In this document: positions 52,292-61,928 of the stretch, piece by piece
Layout of the letters: the number at the start of each line of letters is the position of its first letter
Numbering within the stretch: the first letter of the stretch is position 1
Source: an uncultured Lachnospiraceae bacterium
GTDB taxonomy: Bacteria; Bacillota; Clostridia; Lachnospirales; Lachnospiraceae
Assembly: GCA_947625205.1 (NCBI GenBank)
Contig: CANQNN010000003.1
Span: forward strand, 110,674 to 174,673
DNA length: 64,000 nucleotides
Reading direction: 5' to 3'
Program-made: the position numbers and the translations under genes
Notes under the pieces: model-generated
What the model was told of the DNA's origin: nothing
Seen by the model: only the letters and a program-made list of their open reading frames with translations
Database searches by the model: none

Positions 52292-54172
52292 TCATTCATC
52301 CGCCGGACTGTGATAGGTCGGAACGATCTCTTTGATGAGGGGTCTGATATCGGAATTCTCGATCTGGCACTCATCCTTTAATTTTTTCAGCTGGGCGAAA
52401 AATTTCTGTTCATCGATCTCGATCGGTCTGCCGATATAGATCATCTTATTAGCCGTTTCTTTCATGCCCTCTTCGTCCAGCAGCAATTCTTCAAACAGCT
52501 TCTCCCCCGGCCGCAGACCCGTAAATTCGATCTGTATATCTTCCCCCACGCGGTAGCCCGACAGCTTGATCAGATTTTCGGCCAGATCCAATATTCTGAC
52601 CGGTTCCCCCATATCCAGCACAAATATCTCGCCGCCCTTCGCATAGGCGCCCGCCTGCAGCACAAGAGATACCGCCTCCGGTATCGTCATAAAATAACGA
52701 ATAATATCGGGGTGCGTCACTGTCACAGGGCCGCCCGCCTCGATCTGCTTACGAAACAGCGGAATAACGCTGCCGTTGCTGCCAAGCACATTGCCGAACC
52801 GAACCGCCACAAATTCCGTATCGTAATGTTTGTCAAACGTCTGAATAATCATCTCACAGATACGTTTGCTGGCGCCCATAATATTGGTAGGGTTCACTGC
52901 CTTGTCCGTAGAGATCATCACAAAGCGCTGCACGCCGCTCATCGCCGCTGCCTGCGCGGTCTTAAAGGTGCCGAATACATTATTCTTAATCGCCTCCGTG
53001 GGGCTGTCTTCCATAAGGGGAACATGCTTATGCGCCGCCGCGTGATACACGATATCCGGTTTGTATTTTGAAAAAATATAATTCATGCGGTTGGTGTTGC
53101 GCACAGAAGCGATCAATACGACCAGATCAAGATCCGGAAAATGTGCCTTCAACTCCTGCTGCACATCGTACACCGCATTCTCGTAAATATCCACTATGAC
53201 AAGCCGTTTAGGCTTATGAGACGCTATCTGTCTGCACAATTCGCTGCCGATGGACCCGCCGCCACCCGTGACCAGTATCACCTTGCCCTGTACGTAGCCC
53301 AGAATGGAATCCATATCAACGCTGACAGGGTCCCTTCCCAGCAGATCCTCCACTTCCACATCCCGCAGTTTACTGATATTAACTTCCCCGTTTACGAGCT
53401 GATACATACCAGGAAGAGAGCGCAGTTTGCAGTTTGTGTCCTTACAGATCTCAAGTATCTTCCTGATCTCCGCTCTGCTTGCGGAGGGCATGGCGACAAT
53501 GATCTCATCTACGCCATAGACATCGGCGCACTCCACGATCTTCTCCCTTCCGCCTACGACCTTGATCCCCTGAATATATCTGCCCCATTTTCCCTTATCA
53601 TCATCAATGATACATTTGATGACCATTGTGGAGAAGTTACTGTTGACGATCTCTTTAATGATCACATTCGCCGCTTCACCCGCGCCGATCACCATAACTG
53701 AGATCAGGTTTTTCTTATTCTGCTGCTTATGCTTAAGACTTCTGAAAAACCGGTAAGAAAAACGGCTGGCAAAAATGCAGGTGATCAGAAGGAACATATA
53801 CAGGAAGTAATAACTCTTCGGCACCGGCTGTGAGGCCACCTTGACAAACTGAAGCGCAATACTGTGGACTGCTGTAGACAGCACACAGGATATGACAATG
53901 TTCTGCAGCTCCGTCTCGCCGGCAAACGCCCACAAGCTGCTGTACAGGTGAAAGACGTAAAATATCAGAAGCGTTATGACGACATTGATCGGCATGACGC
54001 GCTCGATCGGCTGCATAAAGTGTGAAGGTATCAGATGGATCGCAAATTCGTAACGCATCAGAATAGCAAGATAACTTGCCAGAATAATGCTGATGATATC
54101 ATAAACGATCAGGCATGTCCTTCTGTAAAATATTTTAACATTAAATGTTTTTCTCTTATTATCCTTATTCAT
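52292..54172 (-). CDS. Membrane-bound UDP-HexNAc 4,6-dehydratase (CapD/PglF/WbpM family)
   Basis: Four N-terminal TM segments. First Rossmann VMVIGAGEAANVI. Second, ILVTGGGGSIGSEL, with HAAAHKHVP and STDKAVNPTNIMGASKR blocks. Start set to ATG 54172 (MNKDNKRK), an 8 nt overlap with the upstream gene. Confidence 0.85.
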   Translation of the reverse strand: MNKDNKRKTFNVKIFYRRTCLIVYDIISIILASYLAILMRYEFAIHLIPSHFMQPIERVMPINVVITLLIFYVFHLYSSLWAFAGETELQNIVISCVLSTAVHSIALQFVKVASQPVPKSYYFLYMFLLITCIFASRFSYRFFRSLKHKQQNKKNLISVMVIGAGEAANVIIKEIVNSNFSTMVIKCIIDDDKGKWGRYIQGIKVVGGREKIVECADVYGVDEIIVAMPSASRAEIRKILEICKDTNCKLRSLPGMYQLVNGEVNISKLRDVEVEDLLGRDPVSVDMDSILGYVQGKVILVTGGGGSIGSELCRQIASHKPKRLVIVDIYENAVYDVQQELKAHFPDLDLVVLIASVRNTNRMNYIFSKYKPDIVYHAAAHKHVPLMEDSPTEAIKNNVFGTFKTAQAAAMSGVQRFVMISTDKAVNPTNIMGASKRICEMIIQTFDKHYDTEFVAVRFGNVLGSNGSVIPLFRKQIEAGGPVTVTHPDIIRYFMTIPEAVSLVLQAGAYAKGGEIFVLDMGEPVRILDLAENLIKLSGYRVGEDIQIEFTGLRPGEKLFEELLLDEEGMKETANKMIYIGRPIEIDEQKFFAQLKKLKDECQIENSDIRPLIKEIVPTYHSPADE

Positions 54173-56714
54173 GATTCTGTGTCGTCCTCTGTCTATCAAA
54201 AAGAAGGGGCGTCATTGCCACCAGAAGGCTGCAAGTCGTCGGATTACAGGGGTGAAAGATCCACTCCGTCAGTCCCGCAACGGCAAACATGACTAGAATG
54301 GCGATCGGCAAAGATGCGCATACCCTGTCTTCTTTATGCTTATGATAATAAACCGCAGACTGTACCAATGTACAGACCCCCAGCAGAATAAACGCAATAC
54401 CTACCGGTATACCGTGGTCATAAGCTACCTGAAGATAAATATTGTGTGCATGAACAGTGTAGGTGCCATCCGGCTCCATAATATCCATATCATCATGACC
54501 GTTCCGGTTTAAACGGCTCAGATACAGCTTAAATATATCCATTCGGCCATTGGCATAAGACCTGACGGCATCGCCTTCCGCCTCCTCGCACTGCGCCGGG
54601 ATCTCCACCGGAACATTTTCTGTGGACGCAAGCAGTATGGGATCCGCGCAGGCAAGCATGCTGTCCGGTGTATTAACATACCCTGCCGATTCATCCAAAA
54701 ATTCTATCTCCTCATTGCCGTTCATATAAAAGGGCGCAACAAGAGATTCTTCCTCCGGTATGCCAAGTATCTTCATCTGAAACACCTGTATAAACCTCAT
54801 CGGCGTCATATAGTAAAAGGAATCCATATCCCGCCCGTGCATGATCTCCGAGGGAAGCTCTTCTATCTCAAACACGACCGGTCTGGCAACAAGCGCCGGG
54901 AGCATTCTCTGCGCTGTAAATGTTATCGGAAAGCACAACACAAAAGCAGCCAGTATCATCCCGACGGCACGTATCATACTGCGCCATCTGTGCGCAAACG
55001 AAAAGCATACGATGGGAATCACGACCGCCGCCACAACAACCGCTGCAATATATCCGGTTCTGGACATTGTAAGCAGCAGATATACTGACGCTACGCCGAG
55101 CAGAAGCAGCTCCTTATATACATATGCCAGACGCCTGTTTCTTCTGTAAGCGTCCAGGAACTTCACAAGCGCCGCACATACCACAAGCGTCAGATACACG
55201 CCCGTTATCGTTACGGTGTGGAAAGTAAAGGGGTATCTGGAATATATAAAAAACATATACGGCCTGTGAAGCAGACAATATATTACCATCGCCCCAAAAT
55301 GGAGCAGGATACCGTTACAGAGATTCCCCAACAGCATGGCTTTGCCGTCCCATGCCGCCATGTTCAGATAAAACAGCGCAAAACAGCATACCAGATAGAC
55401 CGGCCATCCTCTGGTGTTGCGGCGCCATATGATCAGGACAAAGAAAACCGCCACCGGGATCCAGTACCAGACAGATATATCTCTGATCTGGCGGCGCACT
55501 AAAAAGCGGATCGTGCCGATTATGACGACTCCCGCCAGCACCCCGGCCCAAACCGTAAGCTTCAGGGCCAGGATCTCCATATCACCGGGGGCTTCCATGT
55601 CTGCAAGCAAACCATTATAATAGCGCAGGCCCACCGTTGCTGCCGCAACAGCATAGATCAGATTCACCCAGTTAAATATATCCCTGCCTCTGTATGTCAC
55701 GATCACAGCCAACGCCAGAAAGATCAGCTGCTGCCTGTAGGCAATGGTATGATACATCTCATACAGGCCATTCACATAATTGCAGCACGCCCAAATCGCA
55801 CCGGCGAAGAAAAAAGACTGCAGATAATTACGCCAGTTCCCGCATACGGCACCCAGAACAGTTCTGTCCGACATGAAGCCTGTCCTGTCATGATTGACGG
55901 CATAAAACAGGACTGCGGCCGCCAGAACAATGCCTGCGATCAGAAAAACGGCGGTCACCGTATCCTGTCTGGGCGTGAACAGTCCACACGGCCATACGGC
56001 TGTCATCGCCACCGCAGCGCCGATCACAATGAGCGGATTGCAAACCGTTTTTACCGTCTTCTCCACTGTGACAAGATGGTCACGTTCCTGTTTCTTCCCA
56101 TAATAGGTGTACGTGATACGGCTGACAAGGAAGCCCGCCAATATAAGAACGGCGGCGCACAACAGTGTCTTTCCTTTCCGAAGCGGCATACTGTACTCAT
56201 ATTTTGTGATGATGCAGTGTTCCGTATCTTCCACATTACCATAGTAGAGTGTGCCGTTATATATATTGCCCGAATCCTCTGTATTTTCATACGCTACGCG
56301 AAAAGAAGAATCCAGTCCCTGTATCAGATAATAATATTCCCTGCCGACTTCAGCATCGATATTGACCTGCACGGTACAGAATCCCGGAATCGCTTCCATA
56401 CCTTCCGTGTCAATGACCTGCTGCATAATAATATTCATCCGGGCATCATAGAGGACAAAATTAAATTTCTCGCCGACTGTGCCCTGTGTAAAATAAATAT
56501 CGATATTTTTCAGCCGGTCATACTGTGCGATAAACATCTGCTGCACCACATAGTCCGATGTGATCGCCTCAGACTCCATGACCGCCTGCGCGCGGCTGCC
56601 GGATACTACCGTCTCCTGTACGAGTCGCAGCGGCCACAGTGAAAAGACCGCGCACAGGACAAAGACCCACACAGTCGCACGAATTGCCTGACTTTTATTT
56701 ATGATCCTGTTCAT
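54165..56714 (-). CDS. Large Wzy_C-domain membrane protein (O-antigen ligase/polymerase/O-oligosaccharyltransferase family)
   Basis: About 849 aa. One TM, then a ~180 aa extracytoplasmic domain, then more than 12 TM. LLTMSRTGYIAAVVV and VHAHNIYLQVAYDHGIPVGIAFILLG match the SRxG and H-x-H-N-x-x-L...G-x-x-G blocks of the Wzy_C family. ATG 56714 (MNRIINK) has AAGGTG upstream; the track start 56720 is a GTG. Confidence 0.65.
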   Translation of the reverse strand: MNRIINKSQAIRATVWVFVLCAVFSLWPLRLVQETVVSGSRAQAVMESEAITSDYVVQQMFIAQYDRLKNIDIYFTQGTVGEKFNFVLYDARMNIIMQQVIDTEGMEAIPGFCTVQVNIDAEVGREYYYLIQGLDSSFRVAYENTEDSGNIYNGTLYYGNVEDTEHCIITKYEYSMPLRKGKTLLCAAVLILAGFLVSRITYTYYGKKQERDHLVTVEKTVKTVCNPLIVIGAAVAMTAVWPCGLFTPRQDTVTAVFLIAGIVLAAAVLFYAVNHDRTGFMSDRTVLGAVCGNWRNYLQSFFFAGAIWACCNYVNGLYEMYHTIAYRQQLIFLALAVIVTYRGRDIFNWVNLIYAVAAATVGLRYYNGLLADMEAPGDMEILALKLTVWAGVLAGVVIIGTIRFLVRRQIRDISVWYWIPVAVFFVLIIWRRNTRGWPVYLVCCFALFYLNMAAWDGKAMLLGNLCNGILLHFGAMVIYCLLHRPYMFFIYSRYPFTFHTVTITGVYLTLVVCAALVKFLDAYRRNRRLAYVYKELLLLGVASVYLLLTMSRTGYIAAVVVAAVVIPIVCFSFAHRWRSMIRAVGMILAAFVLCFPITFTAQRMLPALVARPVVFEIEELPSEIMHGRDMDSFYYMTPMRFIQVFQMKILGIPEEESLVAPFYMNGNEEIEFLDESAGYVNTPDSMLACADPILLASTENVPVEIPAQCEEAEGDAVRSYANGRMDIFKLYLSRLNRNGHDDMDIMEPDGTYTVHAHNIYLQVAYDHGIPVGIAFILLGVCTLVQSAVYYHKHKEDRVCASLPIAILVMFAVAGLTEWIFHPCNPTTCSLLVAMTPLLFDRQRTTQNHE

Positions 56715-56819
56715 TATCACACCTTGTCAAAAAATTATTACGTTTCAGTATATCATAAACGGATTATTTTTACAATCAAGCCTGCGTTATATACGCAAAA
56801 ATACACATAAATACTGGCA

Positions 56820-58631
56820 TTATATTTCCTCCGCCAGCATAGCGGCAAACAGAGGCATACCGAACCAGAATATCAGTACATAGCGAGGCAGATATGTTGG
56901 ACCTAACAGCACGGTCATCCATACGAGCAGCACCATCAGATACGGGATCACAATATGATATCTTCTGCGATACAGCACATAGGCGAATACAAACGCAATG
57001 CACCAGAAGATCCCTCCCGGAGAATACAGCATGGACCAGATCGGTATTTTTTCCTGCGAGATCTCCAGCGCAAGTTTTCTGTAGGCTTCATCCAGCCACG
57101 GGATCTTGCTGTCACGCTCGCCCGGCAGCTCCACCTCGTAACCGAAATAAGAACTGTCCCCGTATGTAAACGTAAAGACGGAATTCCCCGAATATACATC
57201 GATCACGGTATCAGGATACCAGAAGCCGTAGGAATTTACCAGCCACGCGTTAATGTAAGACAAAGGCTTTTTAAGGCCAATACGCATCCACAGGTTTATA
57301 TATTTGAACCTGTCCGCCGCAAAAGCCTCATTGCGAAACTGTACCTTCACGGGATCGGACAGCTTGGGATTATATAAAACGAGCGCCTCTTCGGGAAGGA
57401 TCTCATGCAGTGTATCTACATCCTCCGCCTCAAAGACCTCCCTGTTGAATTTATAGGTCCTCGCAAGCTGCTGGATCGGCACCGTAAGTATTTCCTGATT
57501 CTCCCCGCTCTCCGCATGCAATATAACCGTAAGTCCGGCGTTTACCAGAACATAAGCCAGCACGGCGGCCACCACAAGGCCCGCCGCCTTCTTACTGTAT
57601 TTTCTGTGGTACAGCAAAAGCACCGGGCTTAAAACAGCAAAAGCATAGACGCCGTTTTTACGAAGCAGCATCATAGCCGCCGCACTCAGAACAAAAAAAG
57701 CCATCTTTTTCCTGGACGCAAAGAAATCTTCCTGAAAGGTGCCCATATCCAGCAGCGCGAGCAAAAGCATCAATAACGCCATCGCAAAGAGCGTGTCTTT
57801 CGCCGAGCAGAGGGTAAACATGACAATAACCGGGAAAAAAGCAAAATAGAAAAGCGACAGAATGCGTATCCCCTTGGAAACGCCTCTCCTTCGCATAAAA
57901 GAGAGCAGATAAGTAAAACCGCCGGATACGATCAGCATCTGCACAACCGTATAACAGGCTATCCCAAGATTATAAGAGCCCGTAAACTTATGCACAGCGC
58001 AGACAATACCGCCCAGAAGGAGCACGTGCACAAGCGGATGATGTGTGTTAAAGACCCTCGATGCCACCTGTACCCATTCGTCCTGTGCATCATATACAAA
58101 GAAGCCCGGATATACGGCAAGAAATACCGGTGTCCAGCACAGAAGCAGGAATACAAACGTAAGCGCGTCCCTGTACCGCGCCGCCCTGGCAGGCGTCCCG
58201 GGAAGTCTGATATTCTCGGCGAGCCTTCTTTTGCGCTCCTCCATGCCGCCAAGAAAATTCCAGCATTTCCGTATCAGGATCGCAAAAAGGCTCGTCAATA
58301 CCGCCAAAGATACCCACAGGCGCCAATCCTTAAAATCCACGTTTCCCACCGCATCCAGGCGGGTCCCGAACAGCATAGCCAGCGTAAAACAGAACGCATA
58401 AATACCCGCAATAAACCAGCCTCTCTTATCATGCAGATCGATCGACCGGAGCGACCATTCAACCGCATACAGGCATAATAGCCAGATAAAAACGGCAAAA
58501 ATACTGTTGGTAAATGCAAGCGTATTCTGCTTAAGATTCAGCACCTGCGGCAGACACAGCGTTCCCGCCGTTGCAATACAAAAAGCTGCTATACTTAATT
58601 TTAATTTATTTCTGTACTCATTCCCACTCAT
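56820..58631 (-). CDS. Polytopic membrane protein with C-terminal extracytoplasmic domain (GT-C-like, family uncertain)
   Basis: 603 aa. About 10 TM, a ~170 aa soluble segment (EILTVPIQQLARTYKFNREVFEAED...WYPDTVIDVYSGNSVF), then 3 more TM. ATGA overlap with the upstream GtrB-like GT2 gene. Confidence 0.4.
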   Translation of the reverse strand: MSGNEYRNKLKLSIAAFCIATAGTLCLPQVLNLKQNTLAFTNSIFAVFIWLLCLYAVEWSLRSIDLHDKRGWFIAGIYAFCFTLAMLFGTRLDAVGNVDFKDWRLWVSLAVLTSLFAILIRKCWNFLGGMEERKRRLAENIRLPGTPARAARYRDALTFVFLLLCWTPVFLAVYPGFFVYDAQDEWVQVASRVFNTHHPLVHVLLLGGIVCAVHKFTGSYNLGIACYTVVQMLIVSGGFTYLLSFMRRRGVSKGIRILSLFYFAFFPVIVMFTLCSAKDTLFAMALLMLLLALLDMGTFQEDFFASRKKMAFFVLSAAAMMLLRKNGVYAFAVLSPVLLLYHRKYSKKAAGLVVAAVLAYVLVNAGLTVILHAESGENQEILTVPIQQLARTYKFNREVFEAEDVDTLHEILPEEALVLYNPKLSDPVKVQFRNEAFAADRFKYINLWMRIGLKKPLSYINAWLVNSYGFWYPDTVIDVYSGNSVFTFTYGDSSYFGYEVELPGERDSKIPWLDEAYRKLALEISQEKIPIWSMLYSPGGIFWCIAFVFAYVLYRRRYHIVIPYLMVLLVWMTVLLGPTYLPRYVLIFWFGMPLFAAMLAEEI

Positions 58632-59602
58632 ATTTCTTTGGTTCTTTCCTCATCTGCAGCCGCCGACCCACCGCCGGCATTGATGCATTCACTGATGACG
58701 TACTGGGGAGAGCTGTTGAGTGATATATAGATCCTCCCGATATATTCTCCGATCATGCCGAGCATGATCATGATCATACCGCCGATAAAAACAAGCATCG
58801 CCATCATTGCGCTGAATCCGACCGGCACATCCGGATTGACAAACTTCTTGATCACCGTATAAACGCCATACAGGAATCCTGCACAGGCAGACATAAAACC
58901 AACGACTGTTGCAATGCGCAAGGGTTTAATACTGAAAGCGGTAAAGCCGTTAAACCATAATCCAAGCAGCTTGCCGACCGTGTAGCCGGAGACCCCGTTT
59001 TCTCTCTCCCGGTGCGTCACATCCACATTGGTAATATTTTTCGTGGTGCGCAGTACCAGTCCGATCACATACGGATAAGGATTCTTATACCGCAGCATCT
59101 CTTCCACCACAAACCTGCGTACCGCAAAATAGCTGGATACATACAATTCTTTAGGCTTTCCGAGCATTACCCGCGTCATCAGTTCATTGATCCTGCTGCC
59201 AAAATTGCGAAACCCCGAATGGCGCTTGTGGGTATACCTTGCATAGACCACATCAAATCCCTCTTCGATCCCGGCAAGCAGTTTGCCCACCTCATCGGCC
59301 GGCGTCTGCCCGTCATCATCAAGACACACTGCCACATCTCCGTGCACATAACCAAAGCCCGCCATAAGCGCCGCATGCTGTCCAAAATTCTTCGCCAGAT
59401 TAACACCGCAAATATCCTTCCGTCCGGCGCAGAGTCCGCGTATCACATCATATGTCGCATCGGGCGAACCGTCATTGACAAGCACGATCTCATAATCATA
59501 TGCGTCCATACCCTTCATCGTTGCATCGATCTCGTCAACCACCTTACCGATCGTCTGTGCCGAACGATAACACGGTATTACAAAACTGACCAGTTTCTTC
59601 AT
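58628..59602 (-). CDS. GT2 polyprenyl-phosphate glycosyltransferase (GtrB/ArnC/CsbB-like)
   Basis: Start at ATG 59602 (MKKLVSFVIPCYRSAQTIGKVV; ATGA overlap). VLVNDGSPDAT, CLDDDGQTP. Two C-terminal TM helices (LRIATVVGFMSACAGFLYGVY, AMMAMLVFIGGMIMIMLGMIGEYIG). Confidence 0.8.
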   Translation of the reverse strand: MKKLVSFVIPCYRSAQTIGKVVDEIDATMKGMDAYDYEIVLVNDGSPDATYDVIRGLCAGRKDICGVNLAKNFGQHAALMAGFGYVHGDVAVCLDDDGQTPADEVGKLLAGIEEGFDVVYARYTHKRHSGFRNFGSRINELMTRVMLGKPKELYVSSYFAVRRFVVEEMLRYKNPYPYVIGLVLRTTKNITNVDVTHRERENGVSGYTVGKLLGLWFNGFTAFSIKPLRIATVVGFMSACAGFLYGVYTVIKKFVNPDVPVGFSAMMAMLVFIGGMIMIMLGMIGEYIGRIYISLNSSPQYVISECINAGGGSAAADEERTKEI

Positions 59603-60153
59603 GATTCCTCCGTTTCTGCGCCGTCTGCCATGCATTTTTCTTCCCAGCTGCCTCTGTCGATCTCCATAAAGAGCACCTTTCGCTCCCCCTGCGGCGTCAT
59701 CGCCGTTTCTTGCCTGTCCGTCATATGAAATCCGGCCCGCTCATAGCTTTTGCGTGCTCCGGTATTATCCGCCAGGAAACGCAAAAATACTCTGTCAAGC
59801 CCCAGTTTGTCAAAGGCATACGCCAGGGCATCTTTGGCCGCCGCAGTTCCATAGCCATGCCCCACGGCATCTTTTTCCCCGATAAATATCCCATACTCGG
59901 CAACGGCCCGCTCTCTGTCGATATCCCGGAAATACACGCTGCCGACAGCCCGTCCGTCCGGCAGACATATGATAAACTGCACCACATGTCCGGGAAGGAC
60001 CTGTGTGCGGACCCATTCCAGATGTCCCTCCTTCGTGAAAGGCTTCTGATATATAAAATTCCGGCGAACCCATTCCTGATTGCGCCACTTCACGATCTGT
60101 TCCGTATCTTCTATCGCCATCGGACGAAGATAGACTGCCTGTACCTGTTTCAA
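59599..60153 (-). CDS. GNAT family N-acetyltransferase (PseH/RimL-like, sugar-amine acetyltransferase candidate)
   Basis: VYLRPMAIEDTEQIVKWRNQEWVRRNF...TKEGHLEW follows the N-terminal pattern I recall for PseH-type enzymes. GHGYGTAAAKDALAYAF is the acetyl-CoA loop region. TTG start with GGAGG five bases upstream. Confidence 0.65.
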   Translation of the reverse strand: MKQVQAVYLRPMAIEDTEQIVKWRNQEWVRRNFIYQKPFTKEGHLEWVRTQVLPGHVVQFIICLPDGRAVGSVYFRDIDRERAVAEYGIFIGEKDAVGHGYGTAAAKDALAYAFDKLGLDRVFLRFLADNTGARKSYERAGFHMTDRQETAMTPQGERKVLFMEIDRGSWEEKCMADGAETEES

Positions 60154-60155
60154 TA

Positions 60156-61919
60156 TTACCTCCGCACCTGGTAAACCCCGCAGGTCCCATTTATCCTGTC
60201 GATCTGCCGGATCTTAACCGATATGCTCCGTTCATGATAGTAAGCCGTAAGCCACCTGGTGTCGCTCCCCGGCGAATCATCCGCTATGATAATATACACG
60301 TTCTTATCCTTTAATAAGCCTTCCGCCGCGGAAGCAATATCATAATGTGCAAGCTTCTGTCCACAGAGCGGGCTCTTACACATCCAGCCGCCCATAATAT
60401 CCCGGTTGGCAACGGAATTATCCACATCGCAGAACATCTTTTCGGAAAAAGATACCGTAGAATATACATCTTCGAAATAAAAGCTGTCCGGATCCTCTCT
60501 GCAGTATGCAGCGATCGCCTGCTCCGTCTTATTGGCCTGCCGCCGCAGCTGCATGTCCTGCTGTACGTTCTGCACGCTGCCCGGTATCATACAGGCAAGC
60601 GCAAGCGCCCAGACCGCCGCGGGCAGATACGCCCTGCGCATTTCCGGCATTTGATGAAGCCACAGACACACCGTCCCCATCAGGACAGCAAACTCCGCCA
60701 GATAAAGGGGATGTATGATGCGCGCCGGCTCCCTTCCTTTCAGTAGAATATACATCCAGGGTACGGTCCGCACAAGCATGAGAAGCAGTCCCTGCGCCAA
60801 AAGAAGAAATCTGTCCCGGCCTCGGCGGATAACCGCCGTATACACTCCCGCGCCGAGCGCCGTAATATAACCGAGCAGCACCAGCACGCTATAGGAGCCG
60901 TCCTGCAGATGTATGATCCGATATCTGTACCGCCCCGCTGTCTGCGCCAAATGCGCCTTTACGTCCGTATTCTGTGCGGCATAACCGTCAGCATAATCCG
61001 CAAGCGCCGCCATCATCTGTTCATCGATCGATTCATCCAGGCCGAAATTATAATTGGCAAGCAGCATCTGCTGTGCCTCCGATACTCCCAGTCCGGCCAA
61101 CTCCCCGGCATGCGTGCCGTCCGTCACCACATCCATACGAAAATCATACAGTCTTGTGCGGTCATCGAAAAAGCGGCTAAAATCCCGCCATTCCGGACTG
61201 CTGTATGCCGCCCGGTCGACCAGCAGACCAAATCCCATACCGAGAAGAATTGTTCCCATCACCAGACCGTATTTCAGAAAATTTACTTTCCGCAGGGGCC
61301 GCTCCTCCATCAAAAACCGGAACGATCCGGCGGCCGCTATAAACGGGAACAGCAAAAGCGCCATTTCCGTCCGAAGCCAGAAAGCGACTATCACAAGCAT
61401 AACGGCAGCGCGGTTGTATCCCAGAAACGACCGAACCGAAAGTCCGCCGGGCGCCGTCATAAACAGGAACACGGCAGCGCAGACCATAACGCCGCAGACT
61501 ATCGTATACTGAACCGCTACCATATGCAGAAGCGGCACACTCCATATAAAAAGTGTCAGCATGACAAGCCAGACACACTTCCAAACGCGACTCCTGCATA
61601 GATTTAAGAGCCTGACCCCAACCAGATATATACTGATAAACTGGCACAGACACAGAAACAGTCCATACCACGGGACATTGCGGAACACTCTGTAAAAAAA
61701 GCTGATAACGACACCCAGAATATACAGCGTCTGCATATTATGTCCGTCAGGCGTCCCCGTATATACCCCCGCCAGAACGTCTTTTATCATGACATCGTCA
61801 TTCAGATCATAATAAAAATCATATAGAAGGCTCATCAGGACAACATTGCACAGGACAGTCAGCAGAACCGCAATATGATCTTTATATTTTTCCCACAATC
61901 TGCGCAGCAGCATGAACAT
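60156..61919 (-). CDS. Uncharacterised polytopic membrane protein with C-terminal soluble domain (paralogue-like to 12058-14130)
   Basis: 587 aa. YDFYYDLNDDVMIKDVLAG after TM1. About 6 TM, a soluble loop (EWRDFSRFFDDRTRLYDF...ANYNFGLDESID), about 4 TM, then a ~140 aa C-terminal domain (SFYFEDVYSTVSF...). Confidence 0.45.
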   Translation of the reverse strand: MFMLLRRLWEKYKDHIAVLLTVLCNVVLMSLLYDFYYDLNDDVMIKDVLAGVYTGTPDGHNMQTLYILGVVISFFYRVFRNVPWYGLFLCLCQFISIYLVGVRLLNLCRSRVWKCVWLVMLTLFIWSVPLLHMVAVQYTIVCGVMVCAAVFLFMTAPGGLSVRSFLGYNRAAVMLVIVAFWLRTEMALLLFPFIAAAGSFRFLMEERPLRKVNFLKYGLVMGTILLGMGFGLLVDRAAYSSPEWRDFSRFFDDRTRLYDFRMDVVTDGTHAGELAGLGVSEAQQMLLANYNFGLDESIDEQMMAALADYADGYAAQNTDVKAHLAQTAGRYRYRIIHLQDGSYSVLVLLGYITALGAGVYTAVIRRGRDRFLLLAQGLLLMLVRTVPWMYILLKGREPARIIHPLYLAEFAVLMGTVCLWLHQMPEMRRAYLPAAVWALALACMIPGSVQNVQQDMQLRRQANKTEQAIAAYCREDPDSFYFEDVYSTVSFSEKMFCDVDNSVANRDIMGGWMCKSPLCGQKLAHYDIASAAEGLLKDKNVYIIIADDSPGSDTRWLTAYYHERSISVKIRQIDRINGTCGVYQVRR

Positions 61920-61928
61920 GAAACCTTT

